A stretch of DNA of 48,538 bases from NCBI GenBank assembly GCA_040004905.1, contig JBDTZW010000236.1, forward strand, positions 1 through 48,538. Direction: 5' to 3'. Numbering within the stretch: position 1 is the first letter of the stretch; each line of letters opens with the position of its first letter. The position numbers and the translations under genes were made by a program. A model generated the notes under the pieces. It saw only the letters and a list, made by a program, of their open reading frames with translations, did not search any database and was not told where the DNA came from. This DNA comes from Acidobacteriota bacterium (GTDB lineage Bacteria; Acidobacteriota; Blastocatellia; Pyrinomonadales; Pyrinomonadaceae). This document shows, one piece after another, positions 1 to 10,500 of this stretch.

Positions 1-741
1 AAACTGCAGCAGAGTAACCGCGAGCTGCAGGATTTCGCCTATGTCGCATCACACGATCTGCAGGAGCCGCTGAGAAAGGTGCAGGCATTTTCTGACAGGC
101 TAAAAACAAAATATGCCGATAAGTTGGAAGGGGACGGATTAGATTACCTCGAAAGGATGAGAAGTGCGGCGCAGCGGATGCAACTGCTTATTCAGGACCT
201 GCTCACTTTTTCACGCGTGTCGACAAAGGCTGCTCCTTTCGTCGCTTTGGATCTGGAAACGATCGCGCGGGAGGTATTATCCGATCTTGAGGTCAAGATC
301 GAGGAGACCGGAGCTGTCATCGAGATCGGGAGCTTTCCCCCCATCGAAGCCGATCCGACTCAGATGCGTCAACTGATCCAAAATCTAGTCGGCAACGCTC
401 TGAAATTCCAGCGAAAAGATTGTAGGCCGAAGATCGAGATATCGGCTTCAGCAACTGGACAAGGGGCCAATGGCAACGGCGAAATGTGCCGAATCACCGT
501 CAAAGATAACGGCATAGGTTTCGACGAGAAATATCTGGATAAGATATTTGCCGTCTTTCAGCGTCTGCATGGGCGGACGGAATATGAAGGGTCGGGTGTC
601 GGACTATCGGTCTGCCGTAAGATCGCCGAACGTCATCATGGCAGTATTTCCGCCGCCAGCTCGCCGGGCGAGGGAGCCACATTTATTGTAAATCTTCCAC
701 TAAAACAGGCGGTCACAGAGGTAACAACCAATGAAAACTAA
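1..741 (+). CDS. sensor histidine kinase, C-terminal portion (5' end outside window)
   Basis: Frame 1 is open from nt 1 (KLQQSNRELQDFAYVASHDLQEPLRKV...), so track ORF 79..741 is only the Met-initiated part. H-box SHDLQEPLR, N-box LIQNLVGNALKF, G1 VKDNGIGF, G2 GSGVGLSVC. Stop TAA 739-741. Confidence 0.9.
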   Translation, partial: KLQQSNRELQDFAYVASHDLQEPLRKVQAFSDRLKTKYADKLEGDGLDYLERMRSAAQRMQLLIQDLLTFSRVSTKAAPFVALDLETIAREVLSDLEVKIEETGAVIEIGSFPPIEADPTQMRQLIQNLVGNALKFQRKDCRPKIEISASATGQGANGNGEMCRITVKDNGIGFDEKYLDKIFAVFQRLHGRTEYEGSGVGLSVCRKIAERHHGSISAASSPGEGATFIVNLPLKQAVTEVTTNEN

Positions 742-1189
742 AAAAGCAATAACGATTCTCCTCGCTGACGACGATCCCGACGATCGGATGTTAGCGAAGG
801 ACGCATTCGCAGAAAGCCGCCTTCTGAATACTTTCGAGATGGTCGAGGATGGCGAAGAGCTGATGGAATATCTTCAGCGACGCGGAAAATATACCGGGAA
901 AATGGCCCGGCCGCTGCCGGGACTGATACTCCTCGATTTGAATATGCCGCGCAAGGATGGCCGCGAGGCCCTCAAAGAGATCAAAAGCTGCCCCGAATTG
1001 CGACGCATACCTATCGTCGTGTTGACGACGTCAAAGGCGGAAGAAGACATCCTTAAAACTTACGATCTCGGTGTCAATTCCTTTGTTGTGAAACCCGTTA
1101 CATTTGACGGTCTCGTGGATGTAATTAAGACGGTTGGAAAATACTGGTTCGAAATAGTTCAGCTTCCTCCGGACGAAAGCGTTCATTAA
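731..1189 (+). CDS. single-domain response regulator (CheY-like receiver)
   Basis: ADDDPDD acidic pocket, phospho-acceptor in LILLDLNMPRKDG, VVLTTS, conserved Lys in SFVVKP. ATG 731 overlaps the upstream kinase by 11 nt. Confidence 0.9.
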   Translation: MKTKKAITILLADDDPDDRMLAKDAFAESRLLNTFEMVEDGEELMEYLQRRGKYTGKMARPLPGLILLDLNMPRKDGREALKEIKSCPELRRIPIVVLTTSKAEEDILKTYDLGVNSFVVKPVTFDGLVDVIKTVGKYWFEIVQLPPDESVH

Positions 1190-1192
1190 TTT

Positions 1193-2824
1193 ATGACAGA
1201 CCTAACTCTTAAAGTTCTGCTCATTGAGGACGACGAAGACGATTACGTTTTGACGGTCGACCTTTTGCGCGATGTGAAGGGCACTAATTACGAGATCCAG
1301 TGGGTCTCGAAGTATAACGAAAGTCTCGATGCGATCCTTAGCGGCAAACACGAGATCTGCCTGGTGGACTATCGTCTTGGGGAGGGCGACGGTATCCAGC
1401 TTGTTCGCGCTGCCGTGATGAATGGCTGCCGTATGCCCCTGATACTGCTGACCGGCCAAGCCGAGCGGGCAATCGATATAGAGGCGACCGAAGCTGGCGC
1501 GGCGGACTATTTAGTTAAGGGACATATCGACTCACAGCTTCTCGAGCGCTCGATCAGATACGCGATCGCCAGGGGCAAAATGCTCGAGACGCTTCATGAA
1601 TCCGAAAAAAAGTTTCGATCGGTCATAGAGTCGGCAAACGACGCGATCATTCTGACAGATCAACACGGCAAGATAGGCTCTTGGAACGATAGTGCTCATT
1701 CAATTTTCGGTTATTCCGTTGATGAGATTTTCGGACAACCTCTGTCAACACTATTTCCATCCGCCTATCGGAATGGCGTATCCCCTCACGGCGATACGGA
1801 TCCCCTGATCGCCTCGGGATTGCTGCATTCGAAAAGCAGGGCGATCGAGCTTATCGGTCTTAAGAAAGATGGGTCGGAATTTCCGCTCGAAATTTCTCTG
1901 TCGTCATGGAAGACGGCGGAAGGGATTTTCTATAGTGGGATAATCCGTGACATCTCCGAACGGAAGCTGATGGAGGAGCAGTTGATGCGTGGGCAGAAAC
2001 TGGAATCTATCGGACAACTCGCGGCGGGAATTGCGCACGAGATCAACACGCCAACTCAATATGTCGGAGACAATATACGTTTCCTCAAAGACAGTTTTGA
2101 AGATCTGGCCGTCGTCCTTGAAAAAAACGGTGAGATGTTTGAGGCGTGCAAAACAAACGGTGTCGACCCGAAACTACTCGATGAAATGCAGAGTGCTGTC
2201 GCAGATGCGGACATCGAATATCTCACAGTGGAAGTTCCGCGAGCGTTTTCCCAGGCGCTCGATGGCATCGGCCGGATCGCCAAGATCGTTCAATCTATGA
2301 AGGATTTTGCTCATCCAGGCTCTGGCGACAAAAAAGTTGCGGCGGATCTGAATCGGGCCATTGAAAGTACGATCACCGTAGCAAGTAACGAATGGAGATA
2401 TCTCGCTGATATCGAGACGCATTATGACCATTCCCTGCCAGCCGTTCCATGTCTGATAGGTGAAGTAAATCAGGTGATCCTCAATATGATCATTAATTCG
2501 ACGCATGCCATCAGGGATGTCGTCGGCGACGGTTCGAACGGAAAAGGAAAGATCGTCATCAGCACAAAATACAAGGAACCGTGGGCCGAGATCAAAATCA
2601 CCGATTCTGGAAACGGAATACCCGAGAATATTCGGCAAAAGATATTTGATCCGTTCTTTACGACAAAAGGTGTAGGAACAGGTACCGGGCAGGGCCTCGC
2701 AATCTCGCATTCGGTGATAAGTGAAAAACACCAGGGAACGATCTACGTTGAAAGCGAGGTCGGCCGCGGTTCGACGTTCACTATCAACCTGCCTTTGCAT
2801 GACTCCGATGGTGTCCCGACTTAG
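1193..2824 (+). CDS. hybrid REC-PAS-histidine kinase
   Basis: N-terminal receiver ([30 protein letters not shown]). PAS region ([16 protein letters not shown]...[12 protein letters not shown]). H-box [12 protein letters not shown]-box [14 protein letters not shown]-boxes TDSGNGIP and [11 protein letters not shown]. Stop TAG 2822-2824. Confidence 0.9.
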   Translation: MTDLTLKVLLIEDDEDDYVLTVDLLRDVKGTNYEIQWVSKYNESLDAILSGKHEICLVDYRLGEGDGIQLVRAAVMNGCRMPLILLTGQAERAIDIEATEAGAADYLVKGHIDSQLLERSIRYAIARGKMLETLHESEKKFRSVIESANDAIILTDQHGKIGSWNDSAHSIFGYSVDEIFGQPLSTLFPSAYRNGVSPHGDTDPLIASGLLHSKSRAIELIGLKKDGSEFPLEISLSSWKTAEGIFYSGIIRDISERKLMEEQLMRGQKLESIGQLAAGIAHEINTPTQYVGDNIRFLKDSFEDLAVVLEKNGEMFEACKTNGVDPKLLDEMQSAVADADIEYLTVEVPRAFSQALDGIGRIAKIVQSMKDFAHPGSGDKKVAADLNRAIESTITVASNEWRYLADIETHYDHSLPAVPCLIGEVNQVILNMIINSTHAIRDVVGDGSNGKGKIVISTKYKEPWAEIKITDSGNGIPENIRQKIFDPFFTTKGVGTGTGQGLAISHSVISEKHQGTIYVESEVGRGSTFTINLPLHDSDGVPT

Positions 2825-2884
2825 CGTCGAAACGTCGCGTTTGATAAAGCGCCCATCGGAAATTTTGAACCGCGCGACCCTCAC

Positions 2885-5053
2885 ATGACTGAAAACAACA
2901 TAAATGTCCTGCTGATCGAAGACGATGAAGATGATTACATCCTCACGGTCGATCTGCTTGCCGAAGTGGTCGGTACTAAATACTCGATGACATGGGTATC
3001 AAGCTATGCGAAAGCAAAGGCGGAGCTTTGTAACGGGGATCATGATGTCTGCCTGGTCGACTATAGGCTAGGCGAGGGGAACGGCATCGATCTGATCCGC
3101 GACGCGATCGCGAGTGACTGCCGCGTACCGATGATCCTGCTGACCGGACAAGGAGACCGGGAGATCGATCTCCAGGCCACTGAGGTCGGAGCGGCTGACT
3201 ATCTTGCAAAAAGCCGGCTCGATGCTCAGCTCCTTGAGCGTGCGATCCGTTATGCGATCGCTCATGGCCGAACGCTGGAAACGCTTCGCGAGTCAGAGAA
3301 CCGCTTCCGCTCCCTAATGGAATCGGCAAATGATGCGATCGTTCTAACGGATCAATCCGGAATGATCTGCTCGTGGAACAAAAGCGCCCAAACGATCTAC
3401 GGATATTCGAGCGACGAGATCCATGGGAAACCATTATCGGCCCTTTTTCCGACCACTCACGGTGAGTCGATCACGGATGGCGCCTTGGCCGACCCAGTCC
3501 TGGTGTCGCAAATGCTGCACGCCAACAATAAGGCCGTGGATCTTACAGGCCAGAGAAAAAATGGCACCGAGTTTCCTCTCGAGATCTCGGTATCATCCTG
3601 GCAGACCGTTAAGGGTACGTTTTATAGCGGCATAATTCGCGACATAACCGATCGCAAAATGCTGGAGCAGCAATTGACCCATCAAGCGCTTCACGACCCT
3701 CTAACGAAGCTCGCCAATCGTGTTCTTTTCAGGGACCGAGTAGAACATGCAATTAATCGGGCCGGCCGCAAACAAGCTCCGATCATCGTGATGTTCCTTG
3801 ATCTGGATAATTTCAAGTCTGTTAACGATTCGCTTGGGCATGCAGCTGGCGACGAACTCCTTGTATTGGTCACGCAGCGTCTGGAGAGTTGTTTGCGAGG
3901 CAGCGATACGCCGGCCCGCCTTGGTGGGGACGAATTCGCCATCCTGGTTGAAGACGTAGAAGTTCCGGGCGAAGCAAATGCGATCGCCGAAAGGATCCGT
4001 TCCCGTCTGCGAGCTCCATATACAGTGTGCGGGACTGAGGTATTTATCAGTGCGAGTATAGGGATCGCGACATCGGCGAATGATGCCCAGTCTCCCGAGG
4101 AACTTCTCCGCAACGCCGACCTGGCGATGTACATGTCGAAGGGAAACGGGAAAAATCGCTGTACAGTTTTTGATGGTCAGATGCACGATCTCTTGATCAA
4201 GCGCGTCCAGTTGGAGACGGATATGCGGTTGGCCATTGAAAAGCGGCAGTTTGAGCTTTACTACCAACCCATAATGGACCTTCATTCCGAAAAGGTCATC
4301 GCCATGGAGGCTCTCGTACGCTGGAATCACCCCAAACACGGTTTGATACCGCCGCTCGATTTCATCCCGCTTGCTGAAGAGATCGGCTTGATCGTGCCGC
4401 TAGGTACTTGGATACTGAACCAGGCATGCATCCAGACGCAAGCATGGCAGATCGAGCACGGGCTTGAAGGGGTATTATCGATAAGTGTCAATGTCGCCGG
4501 CCGCCAATTCCAGGAAGAAGGCCTTGTGGAAACCGTTGCCAACGCCCTTTTCAAATCAGGCCTCCCCGCAAGGAGTCTGATACTGGAAATAACCGAAGGA
4601 ACGATGCTTCTGAATACGGATGCGACTATCGAGACACTCAACGCCCTTAAGAGTCTCGGCGTCGGATTGGCGATCGACGACTTCGGCACCGGATATTCAT
4701 CGTTAAGCTATTTACAGCGGTTCCCCGTCGACATTCTTAAGATCGACAAATCGTTCATAGATAAACTTGCCACCGGTCGAGAAGGCGCCGCCGTCGCGAA
4801 GGCGATCATCACGATGAGCGAAACGCTCAACCTTAAGACAATTGCCGAAGGCATCGAAAGCTTGGTCCAGCAAACCGAACTTCAAAGCCTCGGCTGCGAG
4901 TTTGGACAGGGTTACCATTTTGCGAAACCGCTGCGCACGGCTGACATGAACGATTTTTTGTACATCTCTCACAAGAAGCCATTTTCTACCGCAATCACGC
5001 CCGTTGGCTATATCGGACGGCTGCCCCGCCCTGCTCTGGTAACCCCAACTTGA
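2885..5053 (+). CDS. REC-PAS-GGDEF-EAL c-di-GMP turnover protein
   Basis: The receiver and PAS domains are paralogous to the preceding gene. Intact GGDEF (ARLGGDEFAILV). Intact EAL signatures (MEALVRW, DDFGTGYSS, KIDKSF, EGIES...GCEFGQGY). Confidence 0.92.
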   Translation: MTENNINVLLIEDDEDDYILTVDLLAEVVGTKYSMTWVSSYAKAKAELCNGDHDVCLVDYRLGEGNGIDLIRDAIASDCRVPMILLTGQGDREIDLQATEVGAADYLAKSRLDAQLLERAIRYAIAHGRTLETLRESENRFRSLMESANDAIVLTDQSGMICSWNKSAQTIYGYSSDEIHGKPLSALFPTTHGESITDGALADPVLVSQMLHANNKAVDLTGQRKNGTEFPLEISVSSWQTVKGTFYSGIIRDITDRKMLEQQLTHQALHDPLTKLANRVLFRDRVEHAINRAGRKQAPIIVMFLDLDNFKSVNDSLGHAAGDELLVLVTQRLESCLRGSDTPARLGGDEFAILVEDVEVPGEANAIAERIRSRLRAPYTVCGTEVFISASIGIATSANDAQSPEELLRNADLAMYMSKGNGKNRCTVFDGQMHDLLIKRVQLETDMRLAIEKRQFELYYQPIMDLHSEKVIAMEALVRWNHPKHGLIPPLDFIPLAEEIGLIVPLGTWILNQACIQTQAWQIEHGLEGVLSISVNVAGRQFQEEGLVETVANALFKSGLPARSLILEITEGTMLLNTDATIETLNALKSLGVGLAIDDFGTGYSSLSYLQRFPVDILKIDKSFIDKLATGREGAAVAKAIITMSETLNLKTIAEGIESLVQQTELQSLGCEFGQGYHFAKPLRTADMNDFLYISHKKPFSTAITPVGYIGRLPRPALVTPT

Positions 5054-5454
5054 TTGAACACCGCTTTGACCAAAGTATTTCCGAACTACTCATAAAGACC
5101 GCCTATCGATCGACTTGAAACCCAGGAAGATAGGCTGTTTCAATTGTCGTCGCGGCAACGCCGCCGCCGACCAGATACTACGATTTCGCGCTTTGGCATT
5201 AACTCCTCCTACGTCCCCCCGCCACCGAAGTGTGTGGGAGCCTACCGCGAAGTTGTGAGCGCAGCCTAATGTTTCGCCAGATTTTTAACCGGCGATCCAA
5301 CCGGCAAATTTAGAAGGTCTACTTCAGCGAACCTTACTTTTCACTTACCGGTACTCAGATCGGAGTGCGTGCGGACACAAAGGCCGCCAGTGTTGGTTAT
5401 GCCAGAAGCTTTTCGCGTCCGCCTCACCTACTGAGAGTCGGCGGTCCGCCAAGG

Positions 5455-6021
5455 TCAACGTATCAAAGCACCACAGATCTTTCTCATCTGATGTACGTGC
5501 CGCTGGCTGTGATACAAAACAAAATGAAGCATCTCCAATTTGGTTATTGGCCCAACAGGAAGATCGTTTACCAATTCGGTTATGTCCGCCCCAGAGGTGT
5601 TGTCCTTTAGCTTTGCGAAAGCTCTGCTCAATTCCATAATGACGTGCCTTTTTTCGTACGGTCCGTCTTCGGGCACGATAAAGTCAGGCGATGTCATTGT
5701 GGTTGAGAGATCGAGAAACGTTTCCCTTAGCTCGACTATCTTCTCGCGCGGATCCCTGGTTGCAGGTTCTGCTTCGCTGCCGATGCCCGTGGCAAACGCG
5801 TCGATCGATTTTGCAACGTGCCGGATCAGTTGGGCCGCCGTCCAGCTTCCTGCGAAGGGAACCGTGTTGACCTTGCCTTCATCGACGGACGACATCAAGA
5901 GCAGCAGTTCGGATACGGGTCCGTCGATCGCCGTTAGAAGTTCGTCTTTGGTGGCAGACTCGGTTATCGAATCCGCAGGTGTGACCTGCTCGGATACTTT
6001 TTGTAATTTTGGTGCGTTCAT
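5455..6021 (-). CDS. DinB-family (four-helix, metal-binding) protein
   Basis: Track ORF 5455..6156. I prefer ATG 6021 (MNAPKLQK...), which follows a GGAG motif about 8 nt upstream. The His-containing motifs LIRHVAKS and HSQRHVHQM resemble DinB/DinB_2 proteins. The family call is from memory only. Confidence 0.6.
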   Translation of the reverse strand: MNAPKLQKVSEQVTPADSITESATKDELLTAIDGPVSELLLLMSSVDEGKVNTVPFAGSWTAAQLIRHVAKSIDAFATGIGSEAEPATRDPREKIVELRETFLDLSTTMTSPDFIVPEDGPYEKRHVIMELSRAFAKLKDNTSGADITELVNDLPVGPITKLEMLHFVLYHSQRHVHQMRKICGALIR

Positions 6022-6603
6022 AAACTGCTCCTTTTTCTTAAATCTGCTGCAAGCGTGGGCTTTTGTACCTTCATTACCGCACGAATCCCACCCGCCTGTC
6101 TGTTGGATTGCGCACGAATGGAATACAGGCGGGCGTGTCCGGCCGCCTTCCCGCAATGGCTTTAATGCCCCGTTTCGATTCCGCCAAGTGATTGCGATCC
6201 GGCGAAGGTCGAATTTGTTCCAGACGAATACGATTTCCCTTCTTGTTCGTTATTCGCGAGTCAAAAGGTGCTTTGGTAATTTTCCGATTGCTATTGTATG
6301 CATCCACACAGACACGGCAAAAGAATCTATATAAGCTTGCATTATCGAGTTATTAAACACGATCACACTTCCCGATCGCGGGCAGTTTCCCCTCCAAAAC
6401 CTGGCTCGCTCCTATGGCGGGTTTATACAGACGGATCACATTAACCAAAATATCTTGTTGAATTGGAACCTTTTCTAAAACGGATTTTGGGCAACAGAGC
6501 ATATTTCTCTGGCCGTGTATGTTTGACACCGCACGGAATGAACGGTCGTTAAACGGCTAAAGTTAGTTATGGCCATTTGCGGATATAATATGAGGAGACT
6601 GCT

Positions 6604-7512
6604 ATGAAAATCTTGATTGCCCACGACGGTTCGCCCGGAGCTGACGAGGCCATTAATGATTTGCCGCGTGCGGGCATGCCTGGTGAAGCAGAGGCTCTAA
6701 TTATTAATATCAAAGAACTCTGGTTGCCGCATTTTTCGAAAAAACCGGAAATAAACCACTTTGTGGCTTCATCGACGTCGTCGGCGGCTAAATACGCACC
6801 GGCCCTCATTGAAATGCCAATTGACGCACCGGTTGAACAGTTGAAGATCCTGAATTTGGCTGCGGAGCTCCTTCATTCGAAGTTCCCGGATTGGAAAACA
6901 GAAAAACTCCATCTTACGGGCTCCCCTGCTCGTGAAATACTTGATCAAACTAAGGTTTGGGGAGCAGATCTGGTTATCGTGGGTTCAAACGGAAGCATGG
7001 GGTCAAAACAGTATGTGCTAGGTTCCGTCTCACAAAAAATTGCCAATGAAGCGAACTGCTCAGTTCGTGTTGTAAGGGGAGAATCTTGGAAAAACGGGTC
7101 CCCGAGCAGACTATTGATTGCTCTAGACGGAACGACATCGTCACTTGCGGCAGTTACGGAAGTCACTCGTAGAATGTGGAGTATGGGGAGCGAAGTCCGT
7201 CTCCTTATCGTGCAGGATAGTTTACAAGACGTCTCGGGAAGCGTTTGTGAATATGTCGAGGATGCGAAAAAGCATTTGATCGCCGCAGATCTTTCGGTGA
7301 CGGAATTGATCGAAGAAGGCGATCCAAAACAACTGATCGTTTCAGCCGCTGAAGAATGGGGTGCCGATTGTATTTTTCTTGGAGCGAACGGATCGGGACG
7401 TTTTTATGAGGATCTTCTCCTCGGCAGCGTTTCAACGGCCGTGGTCGCTCGGGCGCACTGCACTGTTGAGATCGTCCGAAAAAAAATGACCGGTACAACC
7501 CCAGGTGTTTGA
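6604..7512 (+). CDS. tandem universal stress protein (2 x Usp domain)
   Basis: Two Usp halves, each with the ATP-binding-type motif (VGSNGSMGSKQYVLGSVSQKI and LGANGSGRFYEDLLLGSVSTAV). GAGGAG RBS at 6592-6597. Confidence 0.85.
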   Translation: MKILIAHDGSPGADEAINDLPRAGMPGEAEALIINIKELWLPHFSKKPEINHFVASSTSSAAKYAPALIEMPIDAPVEQLKILNLAAELLHSKFPDWKTEKLHLTGSPAREILDQTKVWGADLVIVGSNGSMGSKQYVLGSVSQKIANEANCSVRVVRGESWKNGSPSRLLIALDGTTSSLAAVTEVTRRMWSMGSEVRLLIVQDSLQDVSGSVCEYVEDAKKHLIAADLSVTELIEEGDPKQLIVSAAEEWGADCIFLGANGSGRFYEDLLLGSVSTAVVARAHCTVEIVRKKMTGTTPGV

Positions 7513-10500
7513 ATTTCTACGCTTCGGCCAAGCTGATATCATTCAACCAAGTCTGGCAGTAGAAATCGATTCGTCCTTGGATAATGATGTCTTCAGTCTT
7601 GATCGTCTTCAAACGAGGGCCGTGGAACTTGCCGCGACACATCAAGTCCGGGATGACGGAAAGCGTGGTTTTGATCTCCTTGCCCGACTCGGCGACAATA
7701 AAAATGAACTCATTAAAGCATATCGAGCTTTAACCGACCCGGCACAAAACGAACCCCTTACGCCTTCCGCTGAATGGCTAGTTGATAATTTTCATGTTGT
7801 CGAAGATCAACTTCGAGAGGTTCGACAGGATTTACCCCTCAAATTTTATCGTGAGCTGCCGAAACTCGGAACCGGAATATTTGAAAGCTACCCCCGTATT
7901 TACCATCTGGCCCTTGAGGTAGTCACCCATACTGACAATCGTCTCGATGCGGTCACGCTAGGAACGTTTCTCGAAGCGTACCAAAACGGCCAACCTCTAA
8001 CTATAGGCGAGATCTGGGCGTTTCCGATCTCGCTCCGACTCGCTCTAATCGAAAATCTGCGCCATTTTGCCACTAGAATTCGGCAGGGCAGCCGGGACCG
8101 CGCCGATGCCGACATACTTGCTGACGAATTGGCAACAGTTACCGAAAAGGAATTTTCGGGTAAAACTTTTGACTTGCTTACTGAGAATTTTGACGGTGGC
8201 CGAGTGACGGAAAACTTTTCCCAGGCCTTCCTGGTTCGACTTGCCGCTCGGCTCTATGAAGGCGAGGATTTCGTTGGATATGCACTCGAAAAATTGCAGA
8301 GGCGGTTGCGTCCAGAAGGTGTAACGCTCGAACACCTCGCCCAACGGGAGCACAGCCGACAAGCAGCGGCTCAGGTTTCCGTCGCCAACATCATTACAAG
8401 TATGCGTCTACTTTCGACGCTGGATTGGCGGGATTTTTTTGAAAATGCCAGCCGCGTCGACCGGGTGCTGCGAAATGACCCGGCGAAGGCATATGGCGAA
8501 ATGGATTTTGCTACCCGCGACACCTATCGCCGTCAGATCGAACGTATTGCTAAGCGAACCCGTATCGACGAGATCACCGTAGCCCGGCGGGCCGTAGAGT
8601 TAGCGGCGAATAGGGCGAATGACGAACGTAAACGGCATGTCGGCCATTTCCTTATAGAACGCGAAGGCTTGGCGGAAATTGAAGGCTCTTTTAATTATAC
8701 CGCTAATTTTCGCGAGCGTTTCGAACGGGTTTTGCTGCGACATCCATCCTCATTTTATTTAGTCGTGATCGCGGGGCTTACGATTATTTTCCTTATCCTT
8801 ACCGCGTGCGCTGTAAGCGGATCTGACACTTCGACTTTAGCCTTAGTATTTGCCGTGATGCTTGCCGTCGTTCCGGCCAGCGAGCTTGCGGTAACAATTG
8901 TCAATCGAACGGTCAACACTATTCTTAAGCCGCGTCTTTTGCCGAAGATGGAATTGAAAAACGGCATCCCCGAAAAAGCTCGGACCGTTGTAGTCGTGCC
9001 GACCTTTTTGACGGATAGAATGACGATCGCGGAACTCTGCGGCAATCTGGAAGTTTATTACCTTGCCAATCGAGACAACCAACTCTTCTTTGCTCTTCTT
9101 GGAGATTTAAGAGATGCGGACGCAGAAAGTATTTCGTCCGACACCGAACTTCGCGATGCGGCCCGTCATACCGTGGCGGAGTTAAATCGAAAATACTTTG
9201 AGCCCGAGACCGAGCCGCAATTTCTATTCTTTTCGCGGAGGCGTGAGTGGAATGAAGGGGAAGGCAAATGGATCTGTCCGGAACGCAAACGCGGAAATCT
9301 ACATGCTTTTAGTCAGCTTTTGCGGGGTAAGACAGACAAGACCTATGATCTGGATGAGACAGTTGATTTCGAATTTCTCAAATCTATTCGATATGTCATC
9401 ACTCTTGACGCGGACACGCAACTTCCACGAGACGCAGCGAGAAAACTGATCGGCACTATCGAGCATCCTCTGAATCGACCGGTCCTTGATGCTAAAGTCG
9501 GACGCGTCACCAAGGGTTACGCAATCCTGCAACCCCGAATTGAAATTAGTTTGACCAGCAGCCTGGTCGCGCCGTTCGCACGGATTTTTTCGGACGGCAA
9601 GGGTTTCGATCCTTATACGACCGCTGTCTCGGACGTTTATCAAGACCTGTTCGGCGAAGGAAGCTACGTCGGAAAGGGACTATATGACGTCGACGCGTTT
9701 GAATCCGCTCTCGATCGGCGAGTGCCGAAAAATAAGCTCCTTAGCCACGATCTTTTTGAGGGACTCTATGCCCGTGTCGCCCTTTTAACGGACATTGCTC
9801 TATATGACGATTTTCCTACCACCTATGAATCTTTTGCAAAAAGGCAGCATCGATGGGTACGGGGCGACTGGCAAATAGCGGGCTGGCTATTACCTTCCGT
9901 ACTGAACGAAGATGGGCAGGTTGTAAAAAACTCACTTCCTCTGATCGCAAAGTGGAAGATCCTTGATAACTTGCGCCGCAGCCTAGTAGCTCCGGCTCTC
10001 CTGCTTTGGCTCTTTTCCGCTTGGACCTTTGAAAGTATTTTGCCTCTTGCAGCCACAATTTTTGCGCTGATCGTTTTATCGGCACCGCTTTACCTTCATG
10101 TTGTAACGACCCAGATCCCCCCGACGGAAAGCAATAGATGGAAAAATGCGCAGATACATTTTTCAAATCTTTGGGCGGATGTGAAAACAATCGTTACCCA
10201 ATTGTTTTTTCGTTTTGCCTTTCTTGTTCATGAGGCCTCGTCGACGACCGACGCAATTCTTCGCGTCTCATACCGAAAAATGATTTCCGGACGATACTTA
10301 CTTGAATGGGTCACTGCGGCACAGAGTGAAGAGTTGAAAGGGCAGGATTTGATTGGCTATTTTTCATTCATGGCGTCATCCCCGATCATTGCCTTTGGTC
10401 TGTTTATCGCCATTTCAGTATTTCATCCGGAAGGATTGATCACTGCTTTGCCGTTCTTGGCGATTTGGGCCCTGGCTCCCTTTATCGCGTTTCGCCTGAG

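Noticed and set aside
6074-6307. 77-aa minus-strand ORF upstream of the DinB-family gene, as a possible regulator or transposase remnant.
   Set aside because: It has no recognisable HTH or transposase motif and overlaps the unlikely N-terminal extension of the DinB ORF. The evidence is insufficient.
6584-6589. TATAAT hexamer upstream of the USP gene as a -10 promoter element.
   Set aside because: It lies only ~15 nt before the ATG, so a transcript starting there would lack the GAGGAG RBS. I found no matching -35 element.
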